Shown here: positions 32,095 to 41,796 of the stretch, in pieces
Layout: each line of letters opens with the position of its first letter
Numbering within the stretch: position 1 is the stretch's first letter
Source: a virus
Taxonomy: Duplodnaviria; Heunggongvirae; Uroviricota; Caudoviricetes
Length of the DNA stretch: 64,000 nt
Virus record (IMG/VR): IMGVR_UViG_3300042879_003909
Location: 15,772 to 79,771 of that record
Strand: one strand, 5' to 3'
The notes under the pieces: generated by a model
Told to the model about the DNA's origin: nothing
The model's input: only the letters and a program-made list of their open reading frames with translations
Database searches by the model: none
Translations under genes and position numbers: made by a program

Positions 32095-34386
32095 ATGCCA
32101 CAAGATATATTAATTACGCCAACAAGCGGCGAGCCACAAATCCTTTTTAGAGGTAGTGGGGCCCTAGATACCGCAATACAACTTAATGTACTTTCGTCTT
32201 ATCAAAGTGCATCTCGGTCCGGCACGGCCCTAGTCTTTGAAGGTACAGAGGGGCAGTTGTTCGCTATTACGGACAACCTATCTAGTGGCGTTATTTTTGC
32301 CGTTGGAGATGTGACGGGGCTTCCTCTTGTTAAAGTAGACGCTAGTGGGGATGTAACACTAGCCGAGTATGGTCGTTTTGTGGGTGTAGGCACGGGCGTA
32401 CCCAGATTTCACCTAGATGTCCGGGGCACTGGAAACTTCAGTACTGCCGTTGTGACCAATAATGCCACCGTTAACGGAAACTTGGGCGTATCAAACAGTA
32501 GCCCGGGCGCTAAGGCCCATATTAATACTTTAGTAAGCACAAATAAGGGCTTAATAGTTCAGGGGGCCGCTGCTCAATCGGCCAACTTGCAGGAGTGGCA
32601 GAATTCGGCCGGGGCCGTTATTGCTTCTATCGATAAGGACGGGGATATCACGGCTCCTACCGGGACCTTTAACTTTGTCCAGCTAACTAGCACATTGCCC
32701 CGACAGTCCGGGCTGTTATTTTTAGATACCGGGGGCTTCCTTAATACCTCCCCCAACCTAATATACAATTATTCGAACTTGGCCTCGCCCAAATTGGCGT
32801 TCCGGGCCTCTGGTACTACAACCCCTGATATTTCTCTTAATATACTAACGACCGCAAGTGGGTCCACTTCGGGCGTACAAACCCTGTCTTTTGAAGGGTC
32901 GGCCGGGCAGTTATTCTCTATCACTGACGTATTAAACAGTGGTACTATCTTCGGGGTTAACGATATATCCGGGCTACCTATATTAGAGGCTGATGCCACC
33001 GGGCTTGTATCTCTGGCTCGCTTTGGTACGGGTATTGAGGCGTATAGGGCTATAAATGCGAGAGAGGGTGTAAACACTTCTTTAATTTCGTCAACCGGAA
33101 ACGTGAGACTAAATTCTACATTATTAACGCTTAGCGGTACAACATCTTCTTTTCCAGCAATTAAACGCAATGCTGCTGCAATCAATTTTCGCCTTGCCGA
33201 TGATAGCGGAGATGCAGAAATTACGGCTGGTACAGGCAGATTTAGTGGTGCGATTTATAATGTAGGGCCAATATATAATACGAGTAGTGCAAGTAGCAAT
33301 GTTTACGCTATGTATGCTAGTCAGTATGGCTATGCATTTATGCGTTTTGATAATTGGAAAACAATTACTTTCAATGCTGGTGAGTCTACTGCCTACGAGC
33401 ATTCAATAAGTATTGCAGGCTGGAGATTAAATACAAATAGCAATGGAAGCGCTTATTTACATACTGATGCCGCTAATATATTTGCACAACGCAATAGCAC
33501 CAACGCCCAAACGCTTCGACTCTACGGCACTTATACCGATGCCTCCAACTACCGCAGACTCTACCTATCCAGCACTACAGCAGGTGCGTTTACTCTCGGC
33601 GTAGAAGGAGCAGGGACGGGGGCGAGTGGGAATACGCTGAATTTTTCAGTTACTAGTGGAGTTAACCAATTAGCGATTTTGCCTGACGAGATACGGGCTA
33701 GTAGTTCCGGTGGCAATAACTTAATCAGAGTAAACCAAAGTGCTGGTAATTCTGCTATTGCTATTGGTCATAATTCAAGTCTAGTCGCACAGGCTACTAT
33801 TGTTGGTGTAGGATCAACCGGAGATGCATTTATGAGCATAATTGCCATAGGTACATCTAACAATGTCACCGGTGGGGCTTCTGTATGTATAGGCCGTGAA
33901 AGCTCAGTAACGGGCCATGAGTCTATAGGTCTGGGACGGGGGATAAATCTAGCTCGTTCTTGTACTTTGGGATATTCTATTGGTTCTGGCAACTATAATG
34001 ATACAACAACCATAGCGAGTATCGTAACAACAGATAACACTCCCACAACATTAAAATGCAGATGGTATGGAGGAACAAATAACTTTATTATTCCGTCTGG
34101 AAGAGCGTTGTTTTTTGTAGCACATATTTGTGGCATTAAATCAGACGGTTCTGCTGTTGCAAGTTATATAAGAAGAGGATGCATAAAAAATATAGGTGGT
34201 ACTACTTCTTTAGTTGGAACTATTGAAACCATTGGAACAGATTACGAAGACAATGCGGCAACCGATGTTGCCATTACAGCAGACAATACCAATGATGCTT
34301 TGCAAATTGATGTTACCGGTATTACAGGCGAAACTTGGAGATGGCAGGCTTCTGTAAAATCGGTTGAAATGATCTATGGAACCTAG
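32095..34386 (+). CDS. Fibre/adhesin protein (mosaic of modules from 20328, 26744, 28648)
   Basis: See shared-module finding. Confidence 0.7.
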   Translation: MPQDILITPTSGEPQILFRGSGALDTAIQLNVLSSYQSASRSGTALVFEGTEGQLFAITDNLSSGVIFAVGDVTGLPLVKVDASGDVTLAEYGRFVGVGTGVPRFHLDVRGTGNFSTAVVTNNATVNGNLGVSNSSPGAKAHINTLVSTNKGLIVQGAAAQSANLQEWQNSAGAVIASIDKDGDITAPTGTFNFVQLTSTLPRQSGLLFLDTGGFLNTSPNLIYNYSNLASPKLAFRASGTTTPDISLNILTTASGSTSGVQTLSFEGSAGQLFSITDVLNSGTIFGVNDISGLPILEADATGLVSLARFGTGIEAYRAINAREGVNTSLISSTGNVRLNSTLLTLSGTTSSFPAIKRNAAAINFRLADDSGDAEITAGTGRFSGAIYNVGPIYNTSSASSNVYAMYASQYGYAFMRFDNWKTITFNAGESTAYEHSISIAGWRLNTNSNGSAYLHTDAANIFAQRNSTNAQTLRLYGTYTDASNYRRLYLSSTTAGAFTLGVEGAGTGASGNTLNFSVTSGVNQLAILPDEIRASSSGGNNLIRVNQSAGNSAIAIGHNSSLVAQATIVGVGSTGDAFMSIIAIGTSNNVTGGASVCIGRESSVTGHESIGLGRGINLARSCTLGYSIGSGNYNDTTTIASIVTTDNTPTTLKCRWYGGTNNFIIPSGRALFFVAHICGIKSDGSAVASYIRRGCIKNIGGTTSLVGTIETIGTDYEDNAATDVAITADNTNDALQIDVTGITGETWRWQASVKSVEMIYGT

Positions 34387-34430
34387 GAGTTTTTATGCCC
34401 AAAGCTGTTTTGAAATTAAATAAGGCCCAA

Positions 34431-34440
34431 ATTGTGTAAT
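34431..34440 (+). promoter_or_regulatory. Putative late promoter motif (T-rich GTGTA)
   Basis: ATTGTGTAAT before AGGAGG and 34458. Confidence 0.45.
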
Positions 34441-34457
34441 CCTATTAGGAGGACAAC

Positions 34458-34862
34458 ATGGCTACTCAAACATTAGAATTTTCTGCCGGGACCGGCTTAA
34501 CACTAAACTGTAAAATATTTGCTTTGGGCTCAAATACCATTGTAGCTACTGCTATCGCTACAGAGAAAACCAATGACCAAAACAGATATACGGTTGCTTA
34601 TACCGATCTTCCGGCTGGGGCCTATAGACTGAACGCCTTTGTTGGGTCAGCGCCCGGCTTTGCTAATGAGGTTTATGATTTAACCTTAACTACGGCCACC
34701 TTTTATCCTCGCTCAGAATATTCAACCATATCAAGTGATGTAACCAGTATTAAGAATAATGTGGATGCTATCAAGGCTAAAACCGACAATTTACCGGCAA
34801 GCCCAGCTTCTACGGCAGATATTACATCGCTACAAAATAACGCACCAACGGAGGTCTTTTAA
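34458..34862 (+). CDS. Hypothetical virion protein
   Basis: AGGAGG RBS; C-terminus shared with 35445 gene. Confidence 0.7.
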   Translation: MATQTLEFSAGTGLTLNCKIFALGSNTIVATAIATEKTNDQNRYTVAYTDLPAGAYRLNAFVGSAPGFANEVYDLTLTTATFYPRSEYSTISSDVTSIKNNVDAIKAKTDNLPASPASTADITSLQNNAPTEVF

Positions 34863-35452
34863 TGACACTAGTAGAATTAGTAAATTCTGGAAATTATTCA
34901 TCTATAGAAGAAGCACATCAGGCAATTACGGCCAAAAACATTCCAGTAGCCGACCCAGATAGATGGGACTGGGCCGATATTAATGACCTATTGGGCCCGG
35001 TTGTAGCCGACCAAATGCTACAGTTTCTAGAGACCCATAGCATGCGCTCTATCGCCCTTCAGTTGGGCGGTGACGGGGTTGTTATGTCAGACCCCAGAGT
35101 TCAGGAAGTTTTAAAGCAGATGGGCACCCAAATTCCGGGCGCTTTAACTTTGGTTCAAAAAACCCTGTCTTATACTTCTTTATATGAAATGCACGGATTG
35201 CCAGAGCCTACTATCCATGAAGTATCAGATGCTTGGAATTGGGTTGGTGTAGAGCCAGATTCTTGGGGTGATGAAGTTTTATTAACGCTAAATAAACAGG
35301 CTGATAACTCGGTCAATTGCTTTATGAGGGTTACTAAAGTTGGCTTTAAAGATGGCAAGGAAGTTGTGAGAGATACCCCAGCCGTAACTGTTAATGATAA
35401 CATGCTGAATCATGCTGTTTTATCTTTAGTAGAAAGGTTTATAAATGGCTGA
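34862..35452 (+). CDS. Hypothetical protein
   Basis: ORF track; TAATG coupling. Confidence 0.7.
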   Translation: MTLVELVNSGNYSSIEEAHQAITAKNIPVADPDRWDWADINDLLGPVVADQMLQFLETHSMRSIALQLGGDGVVMSDPRVQEVLKQMGTQIPGALTLVQKTLSYTSLYEMHGLPEPTIHEVSDAWNWVGVEPDSWGDEVLLTLNKQADNSVNCFMRVTKVGFKDGKEVVRDTPAVTVNDNMLNHAVLSLVERFING

Positions 35453-37133
35453 TAGATGGGCAGTAGCTACGGGAAACTGGAGCAGCACAGCAACGTGGAA
35501 TGGTGGTACTCTGCCTACTGCGGCTGACGATGTTTTTGCTGACGGATTCACGGTTACGATAGACCAAGATGTGACCGTGCTTTCTATCCGCACTACACAA
35601 CGTAGCGGCGGAACAAATGGAGGCACTTTCAATTGTTCTACCAGCCGAAATATTATTGGTAATATTGTTTCTGGAAAAGGTACCGGATTAACATTTTCCG
35701 CTGCTTCGCCAGCGATACTAAACATTACTGGCAGCATAATAGTAACAGCTCTTGGGAACGACAATAGCTTTCTTAATTGTAAAGGTTTAGTGGTAACATC
35801 TACCGGAACCGTTAATATTATTGGAAGCGCTTCGGCATCAGGCTCAAATAATAACGCACACGCTATTGATTTAAATGGATCAAGCGTATTAAATTTAACT
35901 GGGTCAGTTTATGGGGCTGGAAGCGGAAATTATGGTATTTTAATGTCTGGTTCTAGTATTGTATCCATAACCGGTAATGTATACGCCGGATCTAATCTTA
36001 ATGGTCATGGTATTCAAATGTCTTCATTTGGTAGCCTGACTGTTAACGGCAATGTTTATGGAGCATATCAAGGCACTGCTTATGGCATAAATGCGACATC
36101 AACCACTACGATAATTATTAACGGGACTGTAGACGGAGGGGGAACCGCCGGAAATAATGCGCCCGGTCATGCGGTTGTTACTTCTGGAGCATTGACAATC
36201 ATAGGAAATATTATTGGAGGATTATCTACGTCAAATAATAGTATTGGTGTTGTTTGTAGCGGTACAACTGTAATAAGTGGCAACATAACAGCAAATGGCT
36301 CTGTCGGAGTTTCTGTAGTCGGCGGAGCGATAACTATAAATGGTAACATAACTGGTGGATCATTTGCGTCTGGCTTAATATCTACAACGTCATCAACAGT
36401 ATTGCATAACGGCAACTCTACGGCTTCTTCAAATGGTTTTTGCGGCTTGGTTGCAACTAAATCTTTAATTAAATCAACTGACATAGTTCAGCATACATAT
36501 CGCGTTAATAGCTCTGGTTCTCCCGGCATAGCTCGTTCCCTCTACACCGGCGGTCAAAACTTAGGTCAACCTTCCGGCATTCATGTTCGTGCTGGTCATA
36601 CTTACGGTGTGTCGAATGAATTTGTCGGCACTCTTATAGTTCCATCGGCCCAATTTGTATCTTTGGGAACTCCCGTTGATAGCGGCGTTGGCAGTTTGCA
36701 GTATTTAAGTTCGTCAGACTTACAAGCGGCCCTAGCCCCTAACTCGCCCGTTATGGCTCAAAGAAGCGACGATGATACAAAGGCCCTAACCTTTTCATGG
36801 CCAGCTTCCGGGGCATCTATCATTGGACAAAAATCTATTGATAATGCAGCATATGTCCCGGTCTCTGGGGCTATTAGTTATTTACGCACAGAGAACGCCC
36901 GGCACTATTATACTCTTGCCTACAGTCCTTTTGATAGAACCACGCAAGAATCTACTATTAGATATAAAATGGACGACGGTACATATACTAAATATTTTAA
37001 TTTAAGAATTATGCCATCTACTAATGCTGAGGTAATTGCTATTAAGGCTAAGACTGATAATTTGCCCCCGGACCCAGCTTCGGCTTCTGATATTACTTCA
37101 CTTCAGAATAATGCACCTATGGAGGCGTTCTAA
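35445..37133 (+). CDS. Beta-helix adhesin-like virion protein A
   Basis: W...GNWS...WNGG..P...DDV.ADG N-terminus plus I.GNV.G repeats. Confidence 0.65.
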   Translation: MADRWAVATGNWSSTATWNGGTLPTAADDVFADGFTVTIDQDVTVLSIRTTQRSGGTNGGTFNCSTSRNIIGNIVSGKGTGLTFSAASPAILNITGSIIVTALGNDNSFLNCKGLVVTSTGTVNIIGSASASGSNNNAHAIDLNGSSVLNLTGSVYGAGSGNYGILMSGSSIVSITGNVYAGSNLNGHGIQMSSFGSLTVNGNVYGAYQGTAYGINATSTTTIIINGTVDGGGTAGNNAPGHAVVTSGALTIIGNIIGGLSTSNNSIGVVCSGTTVISGNITANGSVGVSVVGGAITINGNITGGSFASGLISTTSSTVLHNGNSTASSNGFCGLVATKSLIKSTDIVQHTYRVNSSGSPGIARSLYTGGQNLGQPSGIHVRAGHTYGVSNEFVGTLIVPSAQFVSLGTPVDSGVGSLQYLSSSDLQAALAPNSPVMAQRSDDDTKALTFSWPASGASIIGQKSIDNAAYVPVSGAISYLRTENARHYYTLAYSPFDRTTQESTIRYKMDDGTYTKYFNLRIMPSTNAEVIAIKAKTDNLPPDPASASDITSLQNNAPMEAF

Positions 37134-39040
37134 TGGCAGATAAATGGCCTTTGGCAAATGGTAACTGGAGTAATGCGGCAAACTGGAATGATGGAACCAA
37201 ACCTCAGTCTGGTGATGATGTTTATGCCGATGGTAAAATACTTACCATTGATGAAAATGTTAACATCGGCACAGGAACGTTGAGAACATCTCAAAGAACT
37301 GGAGGCACTACTGGCGGATCATACAGCGTGACAGCATCGGGTTTATCTATAACTGCGAATATGGACTTCTTAAGTACAGGACTTACATATTCTGGCACTG
37401 GATTACTGACAATAACCGGAAATTTATTGTACAGAGGTGCTGGAGTAACAAACTCCTCTAGTGGCACACTTACTTTGATTGGAAATGTTTCTGGATTAAA
37501 TACTGGTTATATCAATATATATGGGTTAGTTAATAGTTCCACTGGAACCGTTAATGTAATTGGTAATGTAACTGGTGGAACAACTAATAGTGGTAGATCG
37601 GTTGTCAATTCCAATGCGAGTGGAACGATAAATGTTACAGGCACACTCAATGCAGGTGCAACAGGAAATAATACCAACGCTGTGTATTTGGATGCTGGAA
37701 CAGCAAATATCACTGGAAATTGTTTTGGCGGTGGATCGGTTGCGGGGAATACTTGTTCTGCCGTGACTAATAATGGTGGTGGAGTAGTCACTATAAACGG
37801 CAATGTTACGGGTGGGCCCGGAGTAGATGCAAAAGGTGTTATCAATTCTTCTAGTGGGACGGTAATAATTACAGGCAATGCAACAGGTGGTAGTGGGTCT
37901 ACGGCATACGGCGCAAGCAATCAATCTATAGGGGTATTGCGAGTTTACGGTGCTGCAATTGGTAACGATCACGGGCTAGGTTTTTCAACCAATAATGGTA
38001 ATGCAGGGGTTTTCGGTTACGGGATCAATACGGGCACAGTGCAAGCTACTACCACGGTGCGAGCTATTCAGTATGGAGCAAAAGGTCAATCTCCAACAAT
38101 TGGTTTAGTGCAGTTAGACACGACGGTTTTAGCCAACAGTTTCGCCAAGTTCCGTACTGCCCCAACATCATTTACTGAATACACCTTCGGCCCTCCTGAA
38201 AATATCGGCGGTCAGCCAGCAGCGTCTAATGTGCGATTGGGTACGGTCTACAACTTCGGCAACACCACTGGAACATGCGCAGTTCCGCCTTCCGGCTCTG
38301 TTGCTTTGGGCGTACCTGTCGATAATACAACGGGAACAGCTATATTAACAGCCGCAGACTTTAATAATATTTTATCTAGCGCTCTTCAGCCAAATGGTCC
38401 TATCGTAGTAGAAAGAAGCAAAGAAGACACTAACGGTATTACATTCTCATGGCCCGTATCTGGGGCTACTATTTCTGGTCAAGTAAGCAAAAATAATGGG
38501 GCTTACGTTAATACGGCCGGGGCTATTACTTTCTTACGTACAGACGGGACACGCCACTATTATATACTGGCATACAATGCAGCAGATCGCCCGGCGGCAG
38601 AAGGTACGGCCCGGTATAAACTGACAGACGGAACTTATACTAAATATTTCACCCTTAGAGTTGAGCCTTCTTATGTGGCTAATGTAAGTGTTACGCCCGG
38701 CTTTGTAACTCAAGAAGATATACCAAATAAAAATAATTTAGAAATTTTTACCTCCGAACAAGACAATATTACAGTTAATATATATGAGTCGGATGGATAT
38801 ACGCCACTTAGCTTGACCGGAGTTACCCCGGAATTTAGGGTTTCCGACCTTAATGATATTCTTCTTTATACAATAACTTCGGGGAATATTACTGTGGGTG
38901 GCCCGGACAATAATCAGATTACATTCGCTAAAACTCTTCTTACCACAGATGATTTTGAGGGTAAGTGGAGCCTGCGAGACATGGCGACCAATGCTAAAGT
39001 TTTAAGCACCGGCAGATTTAAAGTAACATATGCACCATAG
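37133..39040 (+). CDS. Beta-helix adhesin-like virion protein B (paralogue of A)
   Basis: Same N-terminus, ITGNV.GG repeats, shared TFSWP.SGA...DGTYTKYF domain. Confidence 0.65.
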   Translation: MADKWPLANGNWSNAANWNDGTKPQSGDDVYADGKILTIDENVNIGTGTLRTSQRTGGTTGGSYSVTASGLSITANMDFLSTGLTYSGTGLLTITGNLLYRGAGVTNSSSGTLTLIGNVSGLNTGYINIYGLVNSSTGTVNVIGNVTGGTTNSGRSVVNSNASGTINVTGTLNAGATGNNTNAVYLDAGTANITGNCFGGGSVAGNTCSAVTNNGGGVVTINGNVTGGPGVDAKGVINSSSGTVIITGNATGGSGSTAYGASNQSIGVLRVYGAAIGNDHGLGFSTNNGNAGVFGYGINTGTVQATTTVRAIQYGAKGQSPTIGLVQLDTTVLANSFAKFRTAPTSFTEYTFGPPENIGGQPAASNVRLGTVYNFGNTTGTCAVPPSGSVALGVPVDNTTGTAILTAADFNNILSSALQPNGPIVVERSKEDTNGITFSWPVSGATISGQVSKNNGAYVNTAGAITFLRTDGTRHYYILAYNAADRPAAEGTARYKLTDGTYTKYFTLRVEPSYVANVSVTPGFVTQEDIPNKNNLEIFTSEQDNITVNIYESDGYTPLSLTGVTPEFRVSDLNDILLYTITSGNITVGGPDNNQITFAKTLLTTDDFEGKWSLRDMATNAKVLSTGRFKVTYAP

Positions 39041-39049
39041 GAGTATATA

Positions 39050-39376
39050 ATGGAAATTAAAGTAGAACTTACGCAAGAGCAACTTTGGGGTGTACACTAC
39101 GTACTACAATATGTGGTAAACCCGCCTATTATCAAAGAAAACGAGCAGATTACAGAACAAAATAAAGATAAGCCAGTTGAAGAACAGGCTGCTCTAAAAA
39201 ATCTTCACACCGAAGAAAGCTATATTCAATTTGTTGTTGGTATGGCTACTGATGATTATTATAAGCAGCTATTAAAGTTTAAAGAAGATAATGCTTTAAA
39301 GATGTTTAATAGTTTATCGGATCAAGAAAAGCTTGCGCTTGTTGCGCAGCTTCAAATTCCAGACGTAGTTAAGTAA
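39050..39376 (+). CDS. Hypothetical protein
   Basis: AGGAG RBS, ORF track. Confidence 0.7.
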   Translation: MEIKVELTQEQLWGVHYVLQYVVNPPIIKENEQITEQNKDKPVEEQAALKNLHTEESYIQFVVGMATDDYYKQLLKFKEDNALKMFNSLSDQEKLALVAQLQIPDVVK

Positions 39377-39387
39377 AGGAGAAATGG

Positions 39388-39540
39388 ATGGTAGTTTTAG
39401 AACTAACTAAAGAAGAAGCACAACAGCTATTAGAACTTTTGGACGTTGCCACTAAGGCCGGGGGCTTGCAAGTAGCACAGGCTGCTTTACCTCTAGCCGG
39501 TAAGCTAGTACAGGCTTCACAAGAGAAGAAAGATGGATAG
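39388..39540 (+). CDS. Hypothetical 50-aa protein (not in ORF track)
   Basis: MVVLELTKEEAQQLLELLDVATKAGGLQVAQAALPLAGKLVQASQEKKDG; AAGGAG RBS. Confidence 0.7.
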   Translation: MVVLELTKEEAQQLLELLDVATKAGGLQVAQAALPLAGKLVQASQEKKDG

Positions 39541-39751
39541 ATTTTCCCATTTTCAGGTAGCTTGTAGTAGATTTGTCAACACCATATTTCTTGGTGATTA
39601 TGATGAAATGTTGTCTTCTAGGGTTTACCGGGAAAGAAACTGGTTTGGTATGTTTATTATCGATACCATTTTCTTTTGGGAAAAGAATCATTGCCGGGCC
39701 AATTACGAGTGGGAGCTAGAGGAAAAAAAGAAATGTTCAATTTTTCATTAA
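39533..39751 (+). CDS. Conserved small phage protein
   Basis: N...GD.DE.LSSR.YR...W...IDTIFFW..NHC..YE.E pattern. Confidence 0.65.
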   Translation: MDRFSHFQVACSRFVNTIFLGDYDEMLSSRVYRERNWFGMFIIDTIFFWEKNHCRANYEWELEEKKKCSIFH

Positions 39752-40251
39752 ATTCTTCTATATTTGAACCGTTTAATCAAGCGGCCCAGCTTCTTTTTGA
39801 GAGAAAAGCCACGTTGGTATTTCCTGAAAAAAGAGAAGAATGTCCAAATTGTTATCTAAATACCTTTGGAACAAAGACCCGCTCTGTGAGTATATACAAG
39901 CAGGGCGGTCCTTATCCGTTCGATGACGGTATGCCTTGCCCATATTGTGAAGGTAAAGGATATAAGCAAGTAGAATTGAGTGAAACCATTCCCATTCAAA
40001 TACTTTGGGAAGTTCAGTCTTACTATAAAAAAATGCTACCGATAGAGATTCAACAGGGTTCGATTCAAACTATCGCCCGGTCTATTTATGCACCCAAGCT
40101 AGAAATGGCTAAATACTTAATACCTAATGATGGTGGCATAGAAAATTTAGACATTAAAAAATACGAAAGATTAACTCCAATGTACCCTCTGGGCTTTAAA
40201 GATAACCCGGTAAAATATATGGTACATTTCTGGAAACAAAATGGTTCTTAA
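39733..40251 (+). CDS. Head-closure/neck protein (inferred), CxxC-CxxC
   Basis: CPNC...CPYC; first gene of neck/tail block; start moved to MFNFSL. Confidence 0.5.
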   Translation: MFNFSLNSSIFEPFNQAAQLLFERKATLVFPEKREECPNCYLNTFGTKTRSVSIYKQGGPYPFDDGMPCPYCEGKGYKQVELSETIPIQILWEVQSYYKKMLPIEIQQGSIQTIARSIYAPKLEMAKYLIPNDGGIENLDIKKYERLTPMYPLGFKDNPVKYMVHFWKQNGS

Positions 40252-40858
40252 AATTTTTCTTACCGAAAGTGATGCTAGAATAGAGGCCAAAATATTAAGG
40301 GCCATTTCGGAAGAAGCAAATCTAAGTTTTCCTAAAAAAGCTAATTTAATAACTAATATATTCTCCCGGTCGGCCTATGATGCTATCTTGGGTTGCCCAG
40401 AAATGATTTCTGTTAGTAGCGGCCTGTTAAAAATAGATTTTGGCTTGAACTTTGACCCCGTTGCCGCTATAGCAAATGCCGTAGCTCAAAGTATAATTAT
40501 AAAGTTTAAACCATTTAATATTAAACTAACTTCGGGCGGCTATAATATTCGTGTTCAACCTCTGGACTATTTAAATCTTTTATCTTTACCAGAGGCCGTA
40601 GTTATAACCGAAAAAGGGGTTTCGCTGCCTTGGCTAGATTGGCTTCTAACTTATGGAGACAGCATTATAATAGCTGATTTTGGTGTAAAATACAGTACGG
40701 GCAAGGGTAGAGCGGGCGGCGGATATATGTTACCTACAGAGAGGCCATTTAGTGTTAATGCCGCATATTCTGGAACCGTAGATGATAATTTTATCACTAG
40801 GGCTATCATGAATCAAATTCCTAGCATAGAACAAGATTTAATTAAGGCGTTAAAATGA
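40241..40858 (+). CDS. Neck/tail completion protein (inferred)
   Basis: Synteny; ends DNFITRAI as in virion morphogenesis proteins. Confidence 0.45.
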   Translation: MVLKIFLTESDARIEAKILRAISEEANLSFPKKANLITNIFSRSAYDAILGCPEMISVSSGLLKIDFGLNFDPVAAIANAVAQSIIIKFKPFNIKLTSGGYNIRVQPLDYLNLLSLPEAVVITEKGVSLPWLDWLLTYGDSIIIADFGVKYSTGKGRAGGGYMLPTERPFSVNAAYSGTVDDNFITRAIMNQIPSIEQDLIKALK

Positions 40859-41796
40859 ACGATTTAGTAGGTTTTAATAAATCACAAGAACCCTCAATAA
40901 GTAATATCCTACTAGATAATTTCATTAACTTATATGACTGGGGCTTTCTAGATAAAGGCGGTTTTGTAAATAATAATATACCATCGTCAGGAATGTACGG
41001 TGGAGAAAAAACAAGACTTAGGCCAGTTCAAGACCCTAACTATACCACCGGGCAGGTATGGCAAGCCCACAGGCCAAACTGGGTGTGGGAAACGGGAGTA
41101 TCTGTAGGTTCTCCGATAAACATTAGTGGAGTTTTTGTTACCGGCGTTTTCAGACCTGTAGGCAATACTACCCAACCATATCATATTGATTATGTTAACG
41201 GCCGGGTCGTATTTAATAGTCCCATTTCTGTTTCGTCAAATGTAAGAATTGAATATTCCAGCAAGTGGATTAATGTTATCCCGGCTCAGGGCGTACCGTG
41301 GTTCCGAGAGATTCAGCAGGGCTCACAAAGAGCGGCAGGACAGTTTGAGTATTTTGCCTCTGGTAACTGGGCCCAGCTAGGACAGACCCGTGTTCCTTTG
41401 CCCACAATAGCCATAGATGTGTCGCCCCCAGCCAGCTTAAAACCTTTCCAGTTGGGCGGAGGGCAGTGGGTTAATAATGATATACTGTTCCACGTAGTTG
41501 CTGAAAATGAGTGGGAATGTACCAATATTTTAGATAAAATTATTTATCAAAACGATAGAACGATTAGCCTTTATGATGTTGATCAGTCAATTAGGTCTGG
41601 CGTGGCACCACTAGATTATAGAAACTCGCTAACGCCCGGCGCCTTGCCTAGTGGCTTATATCCTAATTTAATAAATAAATTTAAATATTTAGACTGTTAT
41701 ATAAAAGATTCAAAATTAACCGGTAAAGTAACACAACTTTCGCCCGATTTATATGTGGGAACCGTTAGATGTACTACAGAAACGAGACCAATATAG
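40855..41796 (+). CDS. Tail terminator-like protein (inferred)
   Basis: Directly upstream of tail tube gene. Confidence 0.45.
   Translation: MNDLVGFNKSQEPSISNILLDNFINLYDWGFLDKGGFVNNNIPSSGMYGGEKTRLRPVQDPNYTTGQVWQAHRPNWVWETGVSVGSPINISGVFVTGVFRPVGNTTQPYHIDYVNGRVVFNSPISVSSNVRIEYSSKWINVIPAQGVPWFREIQQGSQRAAGQFEYFASGNWAQLGQTRVPLPTIAIDVSPPASLKPFQLGGGQWVNNDILFHVVAENEWECTNILDKIIYQNDRTISLYDVDQSIRSGVAPLDYRNSLTPGALPSGLYPNLINKFKYLDCYIKDSKLTGKVTQLSPDLYVGTVRCTTETRPI

Noticed and set aside
23848-34386. Diversity-generating retroelement acting on LamG or fibre genes
   Set aside because: No reverse transcriptase in the window, the repeat copies are all in-frame coding, and differences are not confined to adenines. 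A TR/RT elsewhere in the genome cannot be excluded.
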